Shown: positions 16,456 through 26,519, counted from the stretch's first letter. The stretch is DNA of 64,000 bases from a bacterium (GCA_043810165.1 JBDROJ010000030.1:866-64865), one strand, 5' to 3'. A program made the numbers and translations. The notes: generated by a model not told the origin, from the letters alone.

Positions 16456-16833
16456 ATGAATTCTAAATATAGAATTACACCTCAAACAACTAATCTTTAT
16501 AATGCCTTAATGGATAAGGGTATTAAATGCAAGATTGAAGATAACGACGGTTATAAAACGGTTGACATTTCTATACCGGAAGCAAGAATAAATATTGAAG
16601 TTGACGGATTACAACATTTTACCAATCCGGATCAAATATATGCTGATTTTGACAGAAGTTATTGGTCATATAAAAGAAATAACCGTGATACATTTCATAT
16701 CCCCAATACTATTATAGATAGTCATTTAGAAGAAGTTGCTAATGCTTTAACTACAGTAGCAAAAAGATGTATAAAAGAAATTGAGGAAAATAACAAGGGA
16801 TTTTACAGTTGGATTAAAAAAATATTCAAATAA
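16456..16833 (+). CDS. DUF559/Vsr-like endonuclease
   Basis: VDISIPEARINIEVDGLQH..DFDRS motif. Confidence 0.7.
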   Translation: MNSKYRITPQTTNLYNALMDKGIKCKIEDNDGYKTVDISIPEARINIEVDGLQHFTNPDQIYADFDRSYWSYKRNNRDTFHIPNTIIDSHLEEVANALTTVAKRCIKEIEENNKGFYSWIKKIFK

Positions 16834-16868
16834 AGAAGTTGTAGTGAAAAATAGCAAAAATAATTTAT

Positions 16869-17072
16869 ATGCAATTTACCGATAAACAATTAGATAGTTT
16901 CATCGCTTTATATAAAAAAGAGTTTGGCGACGAATTAAGCAAAGGTGAGGCTCTCCAAAAAGCAACCTCTTTGGTTTCTATGGTAAAATTGACATATGTA
17001 CCCATGACAGAAAAAGATTTTAAAGAAAGTATGGAAGCTTGTATTAAAAGTCAAAAAACACAAATTAATTAA
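16869..17072 (+). CDS. Small protein (67 aa), paralog C, convergent with integrase tail
   Basis: MQFTDKQLDSFIALYKKEFGDELSKGEA; same F..(Y/I)K..(F/Y)G.EL pattern as paralogs A and B. Confidence 0.65.
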   Translation: MQFTDKQLDSFIALYKKEFGDELSKGEALQKATSLVSMVKLTYVPMTEKDFKESMEACIKSQKTQIN

Positions 17073-18437
17073 AATTTAGCTCAACCTTGCTAAAAAAAGT
17101 TCTGAACCCGTCCGCGTATGCGAGCCAAGAGAGATTGAGCGAGGTCAAAGCCTCGTTTTTTCTTTTTGTTGAGCCAAAATCAAGCGGTTCTAACCCTCTC
17201 ATTTTAGCATTAAAATTTTGAGCGTTGTCGTAAATAGGAAGCAACCAATTATTGACTGTAATTAGCACTTTTTTGTCTTCAATTACTCGGTTCGAACCTA
17301 GATTATTAAGTACCTGTTTTTTCTTGGTGTTATCACCCTCTTTGAATTTTTTTAAAGCATAAGCAGAAAAAATAAACTTTTCTTTGGTCAGTTCAATAAT
17401 TTCTTCCTCGGTTTTTTGTTTGCTATCTTTACCATTAAATTTTTCAACTTGTTTTTTAAGATTGTTTTTTTCTTTCAAAAATTCGTCATCATCCAATAAT
17501 CCTCTGGCTCTCATCATAGTTAATTCAGATAAATTGCTTTCTAACTCTTTAACTTTATCATCTCGGCTATTATCAATTACTTTGTTTTCTTGTTTCACCT
17601 TACCTTTTTGTTTATCTAAATAATCTAAACTCCACTGTAAAAACAATGGGTGCATTTCTAATTTTTCCAGTTTTTTAGTAATATTTTTGGTTATTTCTTT
17701 TTCTTCCACTGATCCTTGTTTACAAACAATAGTTTTTTTCTTATGAGTACAGTGATAATAGTCATAACCTTTGACTTTATTTTTAGCCTTAATATATTTA
17801 GTATGATGTTCTGCTGTAATACCACAACCACAATAATTACATTTAAACATACCTGCATAAGTAAAGTCATGCTTTTTAGGCTTTCTTTTGCAACCTCGTT
17901 TGCCTAATATTTCTTGGATACGATTAAACTCATCTAAATTGAGCAATGGTTTATGCTTACCTTTGCTCTCAAGGCCATTATATACGTTTATACCAGCGTA
18001 AAAGGGGTTAGCTAGTATTTTATACCAACTAGACCGAGATAAAGCCTTACCGCCTGATTTTTTCTTTTTTCTCGTTATATATCCCCAGTCATTATTTAAT
18101 ATATTTAAAACCTCTTGAGCGGTATATGAATTTGTCAGCATTAAATCAAAAGCCTTTCTAAGTAAGACTGATCTTTTTTTATCAACAATAATAGTTCTTT
18201 GCCCTTTTTCTAGCCTAACATCATTCAAATACCCCTCGGGAGCAATACCAGGTCGCCAACCTAAAGATATTTTTTTCTCTAATCCACGTTTAACATCTTT
18301 ACCTAGTTTAGATGAAAAGTATTGAGATTGAGAAAGGGCTAATTGCAACATCATTATACCCTCGGGGGAATTATCAAAATTATATGAGGCAAACTTTAAA
18401 TCATGGATAATCCCTGTTCGCACTAAGTAAGTAATAG
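17065..18437 (-). pseudogene. 5'-truncated large serine recombinase of an older element
   Basis: Recombinase, Zn-ribbon (CNYCG..CTH..C) and coiled-coil domains present; catalytic YxRxS N-terminus absent, replaced by an IS3 fragment. Confidence 0.85.
17111..17134. other. attR of prophage (core CGAGC 17121-17125)
   Basis: TCCGCGTATGC-GA-GCCAAGAGAGA; left arm is 8/11 inverted-complementary to the attL right arm. Confidence 0.7.
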
Positions 18438-19058
18438 TTGAAGTTTTATCTGGTGGCCATAATGGACTGGTATTCCAGATATGTCATAAGTTGGAAATTA
18501 TCATCTAGCTTAAAATCAGACTTTTGTATTGATTGTTTAAAACAAGCCTTAAAACTGGCTATACCAAATATTCACAATTCAGATCAAGGCGTTCAATTTA
18601 CGGACAAGGAATATATTGCTATACTACAATCAGAACCGACTATTAAAATCAGTATGGACGGGCGCGGGCGGTGCTTTGACAACATATTTACTGAAAGGCT
18701 TTGGCGGAACGTCAAATACGAAGAGGTCTATTTAAATGATTACGAGCCATTTGACGAGGCCAAGGAATCTTTAAATGATTATTTTCATAAATACAACTAC
18801 GAGCGCATTCATGAAAGTCTAAATTACCAAACTCCAGCTGAAGTGTATTTTAGACAAAAAAATCAAAAAAACAACAATGGACAAAAAAACGAAAGCCTAG
18901 AATGGCTTCTAAGCCCCGAGGCCGAAGCCAGACGATATCTGATGCCAAATAATCCAAAAGATTTTATTATTAATAACCAAATAATTCAATTAAATCCAAA
19001 GGTCGAGAAAATCACATTAAATTGTTAATTCGCTGTCCAAAGATTGGGGGGAGGTATA
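18438..19058 (+). mobile_element. IS3-family transposase fragment (C-terminal DDE domain) with probable right end
   Basis: YLVAIMDWYSR, HNSDQGVQF, SMDGRGRCFDNIFTERLWRNVKYE; CTGTCCAAAGATTGGGGG end-like motif near 19033-19058. Confidence 0.85.
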
Positions 19059-19094
19059 TTAATCAATAGTAAATTAAATAATTTCTACTAAAAA

Positions 19095-20783
19095 ATGGAA
19101 CAAAAAAATGCATTTGAAATTTTAAAAACAGGAAGAAATGTTTTTTTAACTGGTTCGGCTGGAACAGGTAAAACATACCTTTTAAATCAATATGTTCAAT
19201 ATCTAAAAAACCATGGTATTGCTCCAGCGATTGTAGCGCCAACAGGTATAGCGGCTTCCCATATCGGAGGAATGACAATCCACTCTTTTTTCGGGATAGG
19301 AATTCAGGAAAACATAAATGAATATATGATTGACAGTCTAATGCAAAAGAAATATGTGTATAAACGCATGGAGAAATTAAAAATTTTGATAATAGATGAA
19401 ATATCCATGGTTTCTCCTGAACTTTTTACTTCAATAGATAAGATACTGCGGGCTTTTAAATTTTCAACAAAACCGTTCGGTGGCGTACAACTAGTATTAT
19501 CCGGAGATTTTTTTCAATTGCCACCAATTAGTAAAAAAAATAAAAAGACCAAATTTGCTTGGCAAATCACCTCATGGGATGAAGCCAATTTGAAAATTTG
19601 TTATCTCAAAGAAAAATTTCGGCAGAGTGGTGGAGTTTTGATTGATATTCTTGATGAAATTCGTTCTAATTCAGTCTCTGAAAATTCCATGAAGGTTTTT
19701 CGTTCTTGTTACAAAAAAGAATTATTGAACGATTTCAAGGTAACCAAACTTTATACTCATAATATAGATGTCGATCGCATAAACAAGGCTAATTTAGAAG
19801 CTCTTTTGGGTGAAATGAAAATTTACCTATCTAAAAATCGTGGATCAAAGAAAAATATTGAAAGAATTTTTAAATCATCGTTGGTAAAGGAGAAATTGAG
19901 TTTAAAAAAAGATGCTGTCGTTATATTTATAAAAAATAATTATGAGCAAGGGTATATTAATGGTACATTAGGTAAGATAGTTGGTTTTAGTAAAATAACT
20001 GGTACACCGATTGTTAAGGTTTTTTCTGGACGTGAAATTACCACTGATTATGAAGATTGGAATTTTGAAAATAAAAAAGGCGATGTAGTTGCAACAGTCA
20101 AACAGATCCCTCTAAGACTTGCTTGGGCTTTAACCATTCATAAATCGCAGGGAATGACTTTAGATGCCGCAGAGATTGACCTCTCTAAAACATTTGAGGT
20201 TGGCCAAGGATATGTAGCGCTAAGTAGAATAAAATCAATTGATGGGCTAAGGTTGATGGGATTAAATAAAATTGCTCTTCAGGTTGATGAACAAGTATTA
20301 AACATCGATCAAAAAATGATGAGACTTTCCAGGTTAAATATACTTAAGTTCAAGTCTTTTTCAAAAAAAGAAAAAGATGAAATGTACAATAACTGTATTA
20401 TACAACATGGCGGTTCAATTGAAAAAAAGATAATTGCTAAATCTGCGATAAAAGAAAATACATTAGAAATGACAAAAAAATTATTGGTAAAGAAAAAAAA
20501 CATCACAGAAATTGCTAAAAAAAGAAAGCTAAGTAGAAATACAATTATTAATCATATTACAAAAATCCATCGTCTCCACCCAAGTTTGGACATATCGTAT
20601 TTGATGCCAAAAGAAAAGATACTGATGAAAGTTTCCAAAGCAATTGATAAAATTAGAATAAAAGAAAATCCTGATAATCTTTCGGAAAAAAGTCAAATTA
20701 AACTAAAGCCTATTTTTGAGTATCTAAACAAAAAGATGATCTATGACGATATTAGGTTGGCACTGGTTTTTTTGTTAAAATAA
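19095..20783 (+). CDS. PIF1-family SF1B helicase with C-terminal HTH
   Basis: TGSAGTGKT, IIDEISM, GDFFQLPP, QIPLRLAWALTIHKSQG, GQGYVALSR. Confidence 0.9.
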   Translation: MEQKNAFEILKTGRNVFLTGSAGTGKTYLLNQYVQYLKNHGIAPAIVAPTGIAASHIGGMTIHSFFGIGIQENINEYMIDSLMQKKYVYKRMEKLKILIIDEISMVSPELFTSIDKILRAFKFSTKPFGGVQLVLSGDFFQLPPISKKNKKTKFAWQITSWDEANLKICYLKEKFRQSGGVLIDILDEIRSNSVSENSMKVFRSCYKKELLNDFKVTKLYTHNIDVDRINKANLEALLGEMKIYLSKNRGSKKNIERIFKSSLVKEKLSLKKDAVVIFIKNNYEQGYINGTLGKIVGFSKITGTPIVKVFSGREITTDYEDWNFENKKGDVVATVKQIPLRLAWALTIHKSQGMTLDAAEIDLSKTFEVGQGYVALSRIKSIDGLRLMGLNKIALQVDEQVLNIDQKMMRLSRLNILKFKSFSKKEKDEMYNNCIIQHGGSIEKKIIAKSAIKENTLEMTKKLLVKKKNITEIAKKRKLSRNTIINHITKIHRLHPSLDISYLMPKEKILMKVSKAIDKIRIKENPDNLSEKSQIKLKPIFEYLNKKMIYDDIRLALVFLLK

Positions 20784-20811
20784 TGAGGTTCAAAAGACAT
20801 TAACTTAGACC

Positions 20812-20841
20812 AAAAAAGCTAGTCTCATGGATTAGCTTTTT
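20812..20841. terminator. Bidirectional terminator
   Basis: AAAAAAGCTAGTC-TCAT-GGATTAGCTTTTT between convergent genes. Confidence 0.6.
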
Positions 20842-20869
20842 AAATATATATAATATCGTTTACACCTAA

Positions 20870-21220
20870 CTACGTTTTCTTAAAATTTACACTAAAAACT
20901 GGTTCATATTCGTTGTCATACTCGTCCTTTACTTGTACGGTTTGTCCTTTCATTAATGTTGTAAGTGCGACGTCATTTAGTACTTCTTTATCAGTTTTTA
21001 TATCAAGTTTTATACTTTCTAGTTTATCAAGTTCTGAAGTAAAACCTTGTTTGATTTCTCCTTCCAAGCTTCTTTTTTTATCTCTTAATACTTTTAGTTC
21101 TTCTGTAATTTCTTGATATTGTTGTGAACTGGCCAAGGCATCTCTGTATATGCTGTTTATCTCTTTTTGTTTTTTCTGTGTTTCTTTAATGCGATTAAAA
21201 ACTTCTTGTAGATTTGACAT
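20870..21220 (-). CDS. Coiled-coil hypothetical protein
   Basis: 116-aa ORF co-oriented after PPIase. Confidence 0.7.
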   Translation of the reverse strand: MSNLQEVFNRIKETQKKQKEINSIYRDALASSQQYQEITEELKVLRDKKRSLEGEIKQGFTSELDKLESIKLDIKTDKEVLNDVALTTLMKGQTVQVKDEYDNEYEPVFSVNFKKT

Positions 21221-21229
21221 AGGTATGTG

Positions 21230-21925
21230 TTATTTCTTTTCTAATTTTATACTATTAATTATCACGCCATTTATTGGGTTGTCGCGTTGATCAACCCGTA
21301 AGTTTTCAATTTTTTCAACCACACCCATGCCGTTGACAACCTCCCCGAAGTTAGTATGTTTTCCATCTAGCCAAGGCGTGGCTTGCGCAGTTACAATAAA
21401 GAATTGGGATCCATTAGTGTCGGGACCGGAATTGGCCATTGCCATACTGCCTTTAACTAATTTATGTTGATTTATCTCATCAGCAAATTTATAACCTGGT
21501 CCGCCGGTGCCGTGCCTGGATCGGTCGTCTTGTTTGCTCAAAGGATCTCCGCCTTGGATCATGAAGTCTTTAATAACACGATGGAATTTTGTGTCATTGT
21601 AAAAACCTTTTTCAGCTAAATCAAGAAAGTTTTTTACAGTGTTGGGTGAATCTTGATTATATAATTTAATGGTGATATCACCCATATTTGTTTTCAAAAC
21701 AACTTGATTGTATTTCTCTAAAATATTATCTGTCGGTGAGGCGATATTTGAATTAGCTTCTTTGCCTTGGTCGTCTGTTGTGGAGATGTCCATAGTGCTT
21801 GTGTTTAATTTAGTTATTTCATTTGAAGGAGTGGTGAAAGTTATTTTAGGCTGATCATTTTGTTGTTTGGCGCACCCGGCGCCTGTCAAAAATAGTATTG
21901 CAATGGCCAGTATTATTTTCTTCAT
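21230..21925 (-). CDS. Cyclophilin-type peptidyl-prolyl isomerase, lipoprotein
   Basis: Lipobox-like GAGC; FHRVIKDFMIQGGD, MAMANSGPDTNGSQFFI, WLDGKHTNFG. Confidence 0.93.
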   Translation of the reverse strand: MKKIILAIAILFLTGAGCAKQQNDQPKITFTTPSNEITKLNTSTMDISTTDDQGKEANSNIASPTDNILEKYNQVVLKTNMGDITIKLYNQDSPNTVKNFLDLAEKGFYNDTKFHRVIKDFMIQGGDPLSKQDDRSRHGTGGPGYKFADEINQHKLVKGSMAMANSGPDTNGSQFFIVTAQATPWLDGKHTNFGEVVNGMGVVEKIENLRVDQRDNPINGVIINSIKLEKK

Positions 21926-22054
21926 ATTTTGCAGGTTAAGTTTTAAGTTAAATCATTATATCACAAAAAGTTTATTTAACAAAGTCTTTCGAATTGTCTT
22001 TCGAATTGACTTCCTATTCATGAAATTAAAAAAACCCACTTGGTGCGGGTTTTT

Positions 22055-22109
22055 ACGAGATTGCTTCGCTTACGCTCGCAATGACAGATAAGCTCCGATC
22101 GCAATGACA
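22055..22109. repeat. Half copy of palindromic repeat beside a terminator hairpin
   Basis: ACGAGATTGCTTCGCTTACGCTCGCAATGACA..TCGCAATGACA. Confidence 0.8.
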
Positions 22110-22114
22110 ATAAT

Positions 22115-25100
22115 TTATTCAACAAACTTCCAACCATCATCAGTCTTTACAAAATACCATGCTTCTTTAAGCAGGACAGCGCCCTCGGTTTCATTAAAAC
22201 CTTTATGAACAAAATTAACTTTGGCTACTTGAGTGTATGTTTTTCCAATTTTATCAGCTTTGTATTTGGCTAATATTTCAATCTGCGGTTCAAAGCTTCC
22301 GTCAACTATACTGTATTTTCTTATTTTTTCTGATAGTAATTGATTTTTATCATCCACAAATTTATTGACGCTTAGTCTATTTTTTAATTCTTGGCTAGCA
22401 AATTGATGTACCTTGCTGAATTTACGTTGTTTGTAGTAAGTTTCAATGTTAGCTAGACCCTGTAATAATTGCGGATTGATATGATATATATTTTGTTTTT
22501 TATTTCCAAGCTCAAGATAAAGTACCTTGTTGAATCCAGATCCGGTTATTTTTAATTTATCAGTGGAATAAACATCTACTAATTCAAATTTGCCATCTTG
22601 ATCAACTTCAACTTTTTTATCATTCAATTTAACCACCAAGCCGTCCAAAGCTTTATAATTAATAGGGTCAATAATTTGTCCATTGAATTTATCCAGCTTG
22701 GTCTTAATTTGTTCTTTAAGGATTTGATATTTTTCTTGCTCTGTAATCGTTTGTGTTTTTTCAGCAATGGCTTCTGACAAGCTAAGCTGAATCGTGGTTT
22801 TTGGCACGGTCTCTGTCCCAAGCAAGGTAATTACTATTCCGGCTATGGTCAAGACTGCAATTGTGCTTGAACCGATGCCAACCATGGTGGTCCGAGCGAG
22901 CACGGCCACTATTAGGGCTGTTAAAAATATTAATATATAAATAAATACTGCAAAAGAGCGCGATTCCGAATAAACTTTTTCAGTGGTTTGGTTTAGCTTT
23001 TTAGCCAACTGCAGTCCTTCACTCTTTTTTTCAATTTCAAAACTGCCGAGCTTCACCTCTTTACTTTTTAATTTATCGTCGCTGATAAAGCTTGTTATTT
23101 TATATCTATCAGAAACAAAAATATTTTTTAATTTTAGATTAAACAAGCCGTCTTTGTCCACTTTGGTTTGGAATATTAGAGGAGAACCTTGTTCAGGATA
23201 GATTAATAATTGAATAATGGTGTTTTCTTGAGCATCAGTACCGCCTGCGAGTTCCACATTTTTTTGATTTTCAAGCAACCGCAAGAATTTTGTGAGTTTG
23301 GGCAGGGTTTTTCCGTTGATTTTATCCAAAGTTATTTTACTTGGCAGTTGATTAGCATTCATGCTGACGCCTTGGCCAGTCCAATTGGAAGTTTGATCTC
23401 CGGTTTGCCTATCGTCTATTTCTACAAAGCAATTGTCAACAGCCTGCTGGGTTTGTCCAGTGCTTGTGGTGATGTAAATAATTTTTGTATCAGTTTTTAT
23501 GTCAGTTTTAATTTCTGGGCAGGCTTTGGGTGCTTCACAAACCGGGGCAGTTGGGCAGGTAAGGGTAGGCGGGCATTCTTTTTCTACAAAAATATATGGC
23601 CCGCCACCACCACCGCAGGAAGGACAAGCCGGGCAGTCAGTTGTTATTGTTGTAGTAACTGTGGTGGTAGTATTTTGAGTAACAGTTGTGGTGGTTAAAC
23701 CGACTATAAAAGTGAATAGAGTAGGATTGGGTGAAACGTAGTTTTGACTTGGCGCCATATCACGTGCAGTTATTCTGGTAACCACGGAACGATCTTCTGT
23801 AAAATTAGTCGGTGGATTAATTGTAATTGTGTAGTCGCTGGAATCTCCAGAATAGGTAAATTCAGGATCGGTTTCAGTATAAGAATCATTGTCCACATAA
23901 ACCACCATGCTGTCCAAATGCACACCGGCTCCACTATCAACAACATGAAAAACGATATTAGTAGAAGATGCGTTGCCAGTGGAATAGGCTGTTGGCGTAA
24001 ATCCGCTGATGGTTGGCGGGGCTGTGTCTTCAGTGGTGAAGGAAAAGGTTTCAGCTGGCATGACATTTGGCGTTCCGTTTAAGTCGCTGGCATTAATTTG
24101 TACAGTTACTTCTTCATTTTCAGCAAAATTAGTGCCTGGATCTAATGTTACTAAAATATTGTTAATATTACTGGTATCACAAGTAATTTCACCTGAACTG
24201 CAAGTATAGTTATTTTCTCCTGTGCTGGCGCTGGTGACTCTTACAGTAATAGTACCGCTATTTACACCTTTGCCGGGGATAGAACCGCCATCGTCCTTGT
24301 AATCTTTGACGCGAAAAGTAATATTGGTACTTGTGCTAATATTAGTGGCTGCATCAGCCGGGCTTTTGTTGGTTATATAAGGATCATCATCATCGCTCTC
24401 AGTGGCAAAAGACCATTCTTCAACTACTTGGTGTGCACCAGCATCAGCCAAATCAGATACGGTTACTTCCACTGTATAGGTAGTATCGTATTCATAATAT
24501 CCACCATTTGTTTTAATATTACTATTAGGGTTAACTGTTCCGGAATATTGATAATAACGATTTTGATTGGTTGTTTGTTGCGATCCGGCGGAAGTTGATT
24601 GAGAATACCAAGTACCGCCTGATACTTTCATGCGCGTACTTGCACTTCCGCTGTTGATTCCAGACATTGCGTCATATAAATTAAAAGTTACGTTGCTGTT
24701 AACGGCTATACCAGTAGCACCGCTGACAGGGACAGTGCTGGTAACAATTGGATCGTCAGTATCGGCTAGTAGTTTTAGGCTTAAATTATCTATATCTTGT
24801 AAAATATCAGTGCCTGACCCGCCCGTTTCAGCCAAGTTAGTATCAGTAGTTAGATCTTGCGTGTATTCAAAGGCAGAGCTAAAACTCGAAGATGCAGTTA
24901 AAACTTTCAAATAATAATGTCCGTATAAGCCATTGGAATTGTTAGTAGAAACTCCAGGATTATTATATGCACTTAAATAAAGTTTGCCCAGCGTAGTTGA
25001 TACGCTGTTCCCCTGGCTTGGATAAGTATTGTATAAGCCATCAGTATAAAGTACAGTAGCAACTGTGGAACAGTCGCTTTGTACTACCTGCACAACTGAA

Positions 25101-25345
25101 GTGTCGTAATTGATTTCTACATCGGCGGCATTTGTGTTATATCCGCCAGTATTCACATAAATATTTACTTTAAAACAACGGCCTACATAAAATTCATCGC
25201 TACCATCGCCTTGGCCTTGGGATGCAGAAATACGAAAATACGGGGCAGTGGTTGAAAAAGCCTGTTCAATATATAATGAAATACCAATTATCGCACTTAG
25301 GAAAAATACAAGTAAAATTCCAATAATTTTAAAACGTTTTATCAT
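22115..25345 (-). CDS. Large surface protein: cohesin-like N-terminus, tandem Ig-like repeats, Thr/Cys-Pro linker, TM segments
   Basis: FKVNIYVNTGG..AADVEINYD cohesin-like start; repeated D..P.I....P....T.....SNITF Ig modules. Confidence 0.7.
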   Translation of the reverse strand: MIKRFKIIGILLVFFLSAIIGISLYIEQAFSTTAPYFRISASQGQGDGSDEFYVGRCFKVNIYVNTGGYNTNAADVEINYDTSVVQVVQSDCSTVATVLYTDGLYNTYPSQGNSVSTTLGKLYLSAYNNPGVSTNNSNGLYGHYYLKVLTASSSFSSAFEYTQDLTTDTNLAETGGSGTDILQDIDNLSLKLLADTDDPIVTSTVPVSGATGIAVNSNVTFNLYDAMSGINSGSASTRMKVSGGTWYSQSTSAGSQQTTNQNRYYQYSGTVNPNSNIKTNGGYYEYDTTYTVEVTVSDLADAGAHQVVEEWSFATESDDDDPYITNKSPADAATNISTSTNITFRVKDYKDDGGSIPGKGVNSGTITVRVTSASTGENNYTCSSGEITCDTSNINNILVTLDPGTNFAENEEVTVQINASDLNGTPNVMPAETFSFTTEDTAPPTISGFTPTAYSTGNASSTNIVFHVVDSGAGVHLDSMVVYVDNDSYTETDPEFTYSGDSSDYTITINPPTNFTEDRSVVTRITARDMAPSQNYVSPNPTLFTFIVGLTTTTVTQNTTTTVTTTITTDCPACPSCGGGGGPYIFVEKECPPTLTCPTAPVCEAPKACPEIKTDIKTDTKIIYITTSTGQTQQAVDNCFVEIDDRQTGDQTSNWTGQGVSMNANQLPSKITLDKINGKTLPKLTKFLRLLENQKNVELAGGTDAQENTIIQLLIYPEQGSPLIFQTKVDKDGLFNLKLKNIFVSDRYKITSFISDDKLKSKEVKLGSFEIEKKSEGLQLAKKLNQTTEKVYSESRSFAVFIYILIFLTALIVAVLARTTMVGIGSSTIAVLTIAGIVITLLGTETVPKTTIQLSLSEAIAEKTQTITEQEKYQILKEQIKTKLDKFNGQIIDPINYKALDGLVVKLNDKKVEVDQDGKFELVDVYSTDKLKITGSGFNKVLYLELGNKKQNIYHINPQLLQGLANIETYYKQRKFSKVHQFASQELKNRLSVNKFVDDKNQLLSEKIRKYSIVDGSFEPQIEILAKYKADKIGKTYTQVAKVNFVHKGFNETEGAVLLKEAWYFVKTDDGWKFVE

Positions 25346-25346
25346 G

Positions 25347-25979
25347 TTAATCACCAATTGAATTAAAGTTAGCTAGTAAATTTGAAATATCAATTGCATT
25401 TACTTCATTGTCTTGATTGAGATCAGCTCGTTCATTATCAGTGCCCCAAGCATCTACTAGTATTGATACATCCAAAGCATTGATTTTATCATCACCGGCT
25501 GTCATGTTAATGTCCCCAGATAGTAAAGGCACTGTACTGCTGTACGTAAAATCCAATGTTGCATTATATCCTAATATTACATTGCTAATTAATCTAGTCA
25601 GATGAGAATATCCTTTGACTGTGATATCATAGGCGTTAGAAGGCGACATGGAAGTAAACAATAAATCATATGAGACGCCAGTGTCTGAACTTGTAGCATT
25701 TGTTTCAAATAAAATGTTATCGGGATTACTTCTATCCGATCCGGCCAAGTAAAGTCTTAAGACCAAGCTAGTGCTTCTATTATAAACGGTGTCATCAACA
25801 TTGGGGATTCTTTTTTCCGGTATTGCTGTTAATACGCCAGTAGGACCAGCTGGGTTAATAACCCCTACGCTAGCTGTTATTGTTTCCGTGTCTGCAAAAA
25901 CATACCTAACAACTGCCAGACTGGATAATATAGCAACAATAACCAATATTAAAATTAATTTGGAATATTTTCTAAACAT
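25347..25979 (-). CDS. Secreted dockerin-domain protein
   Basis: Signal peptide; GDIN..DDKINALDVSIL..ADLNQDNEVNAIDISNL duplicated Ca-binding loops. Confidence 0.8.
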   Translation of the reverse strand: MFRKYSKLILILVIVAILSSLAVVRYVFADTETITASVGVINPAGPTGVLTAIPEKRIPNVDDTVYNRSTSLVLRLYLAGSDRSNPDNILFETNATSSDTGVSYDLLFTSMSPSNAYDITVKGYSHLTRLISNVILGYNATLDFTYSSTVPLLSGDINMTAGDDKINALDVSILVDAWGTDNERADLNQDNEVNAIDISNLLANFNSIGD

Positions 25980-26003
25980 GCTAAGTATATTATAGCACAT
26001 TTT

Positions 26004-26414
26004 TTATTGGGATAGTAGTCTTTTATCCAGAGTCTGATTTACCAGTTTATCAGCTTCTTTGTTCTTTTCCCTATAAATATGATGATAAGATATTTTTTTA
26101 AAAGCACTAGCCGTGTTATAAGCTTTAATAAACAATTTTTGCAGAGCAGGTTCTTTTACTTTGTATTGTCTATTCATCTGTTTGACCACCAGATCGCTAT
26201 CCAAATAGCATGCGACTTCATCAGCGCTCATTTGTTTGGCTTTTTCCAAGCCGGAAATCAGAGCCGAATATTCAGCATAATTATTGGTCTGCTCTCCAAT
26301 ATATTTTCCATAACTGTCCAGAGTTTTTCCGTCTTGGTTTTTGACAACCACGCCAATGGCCGAAGGTCCCGGGTTGTTGCGCGCTCCGCCGTCAGTATAG
26401 ATATTTAATTTCAT
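26004..26414 (-). CDS. rnhA: Ribonuclease HI family protein
   Basis: IYTDGGARNNPGP, TNNYAEY, DSDLVVKQ, N..AD.L. Confidence 0.88.
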   Translation of the reverse strand: MKLNIYTDGGARNNPGPSAIGVVVKNQDGKTLDSYGKYIGEQTNNYAEYSALISGLEKAKQMSADEVACYLDSDLVVKQMNRQYKVKEPALQKLFIKAYNTASAFKKISYHHIYREKNKEADKLVNQTLDKRLLSQ

Positions 26415-26433
26415 AGTTTGAATTGAGTTAGGT

Positions 26434-26486
26434 TGTCATTGCTTCGTGGCTTCGCCTGCCTAGCGGGCAGGCTCCTCGCAATGATA
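26434..26486. repeat. Degenerate palindromic repeat with nested GCCTGCCTAGCGGGCAGGC
   Basis: TGTCATTGC..GCCTGCCTAGCGGGCAGGC..CTCGCAATGATA. Confidence 0.7.
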
Positions 26487-26519
26487 GGTTAATTTAAAAA
26501 ACCTGATATGAATTTATAG

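Larger units (their letters stand above)
1738..17122 (-). mobile_element. Integrated filamentous phage (inovirus-like) element, 15,384 bp, with defence cargo
   Basis: LSR at a tRNA, HUH Rep, Zot-like ATPase, coat-like membrane proteins, SSB; bounded by CGAGC cores whose recombination rebuilds a symmetric attP. Confidence 0.8.

Noticed and set aside
21984-22010. Short tandem duplications (GTCTTTCGAATT x2; also AAATATCAAAT x2 near 27945)
   Set aside because: Two units only, no associated function; likely slippage
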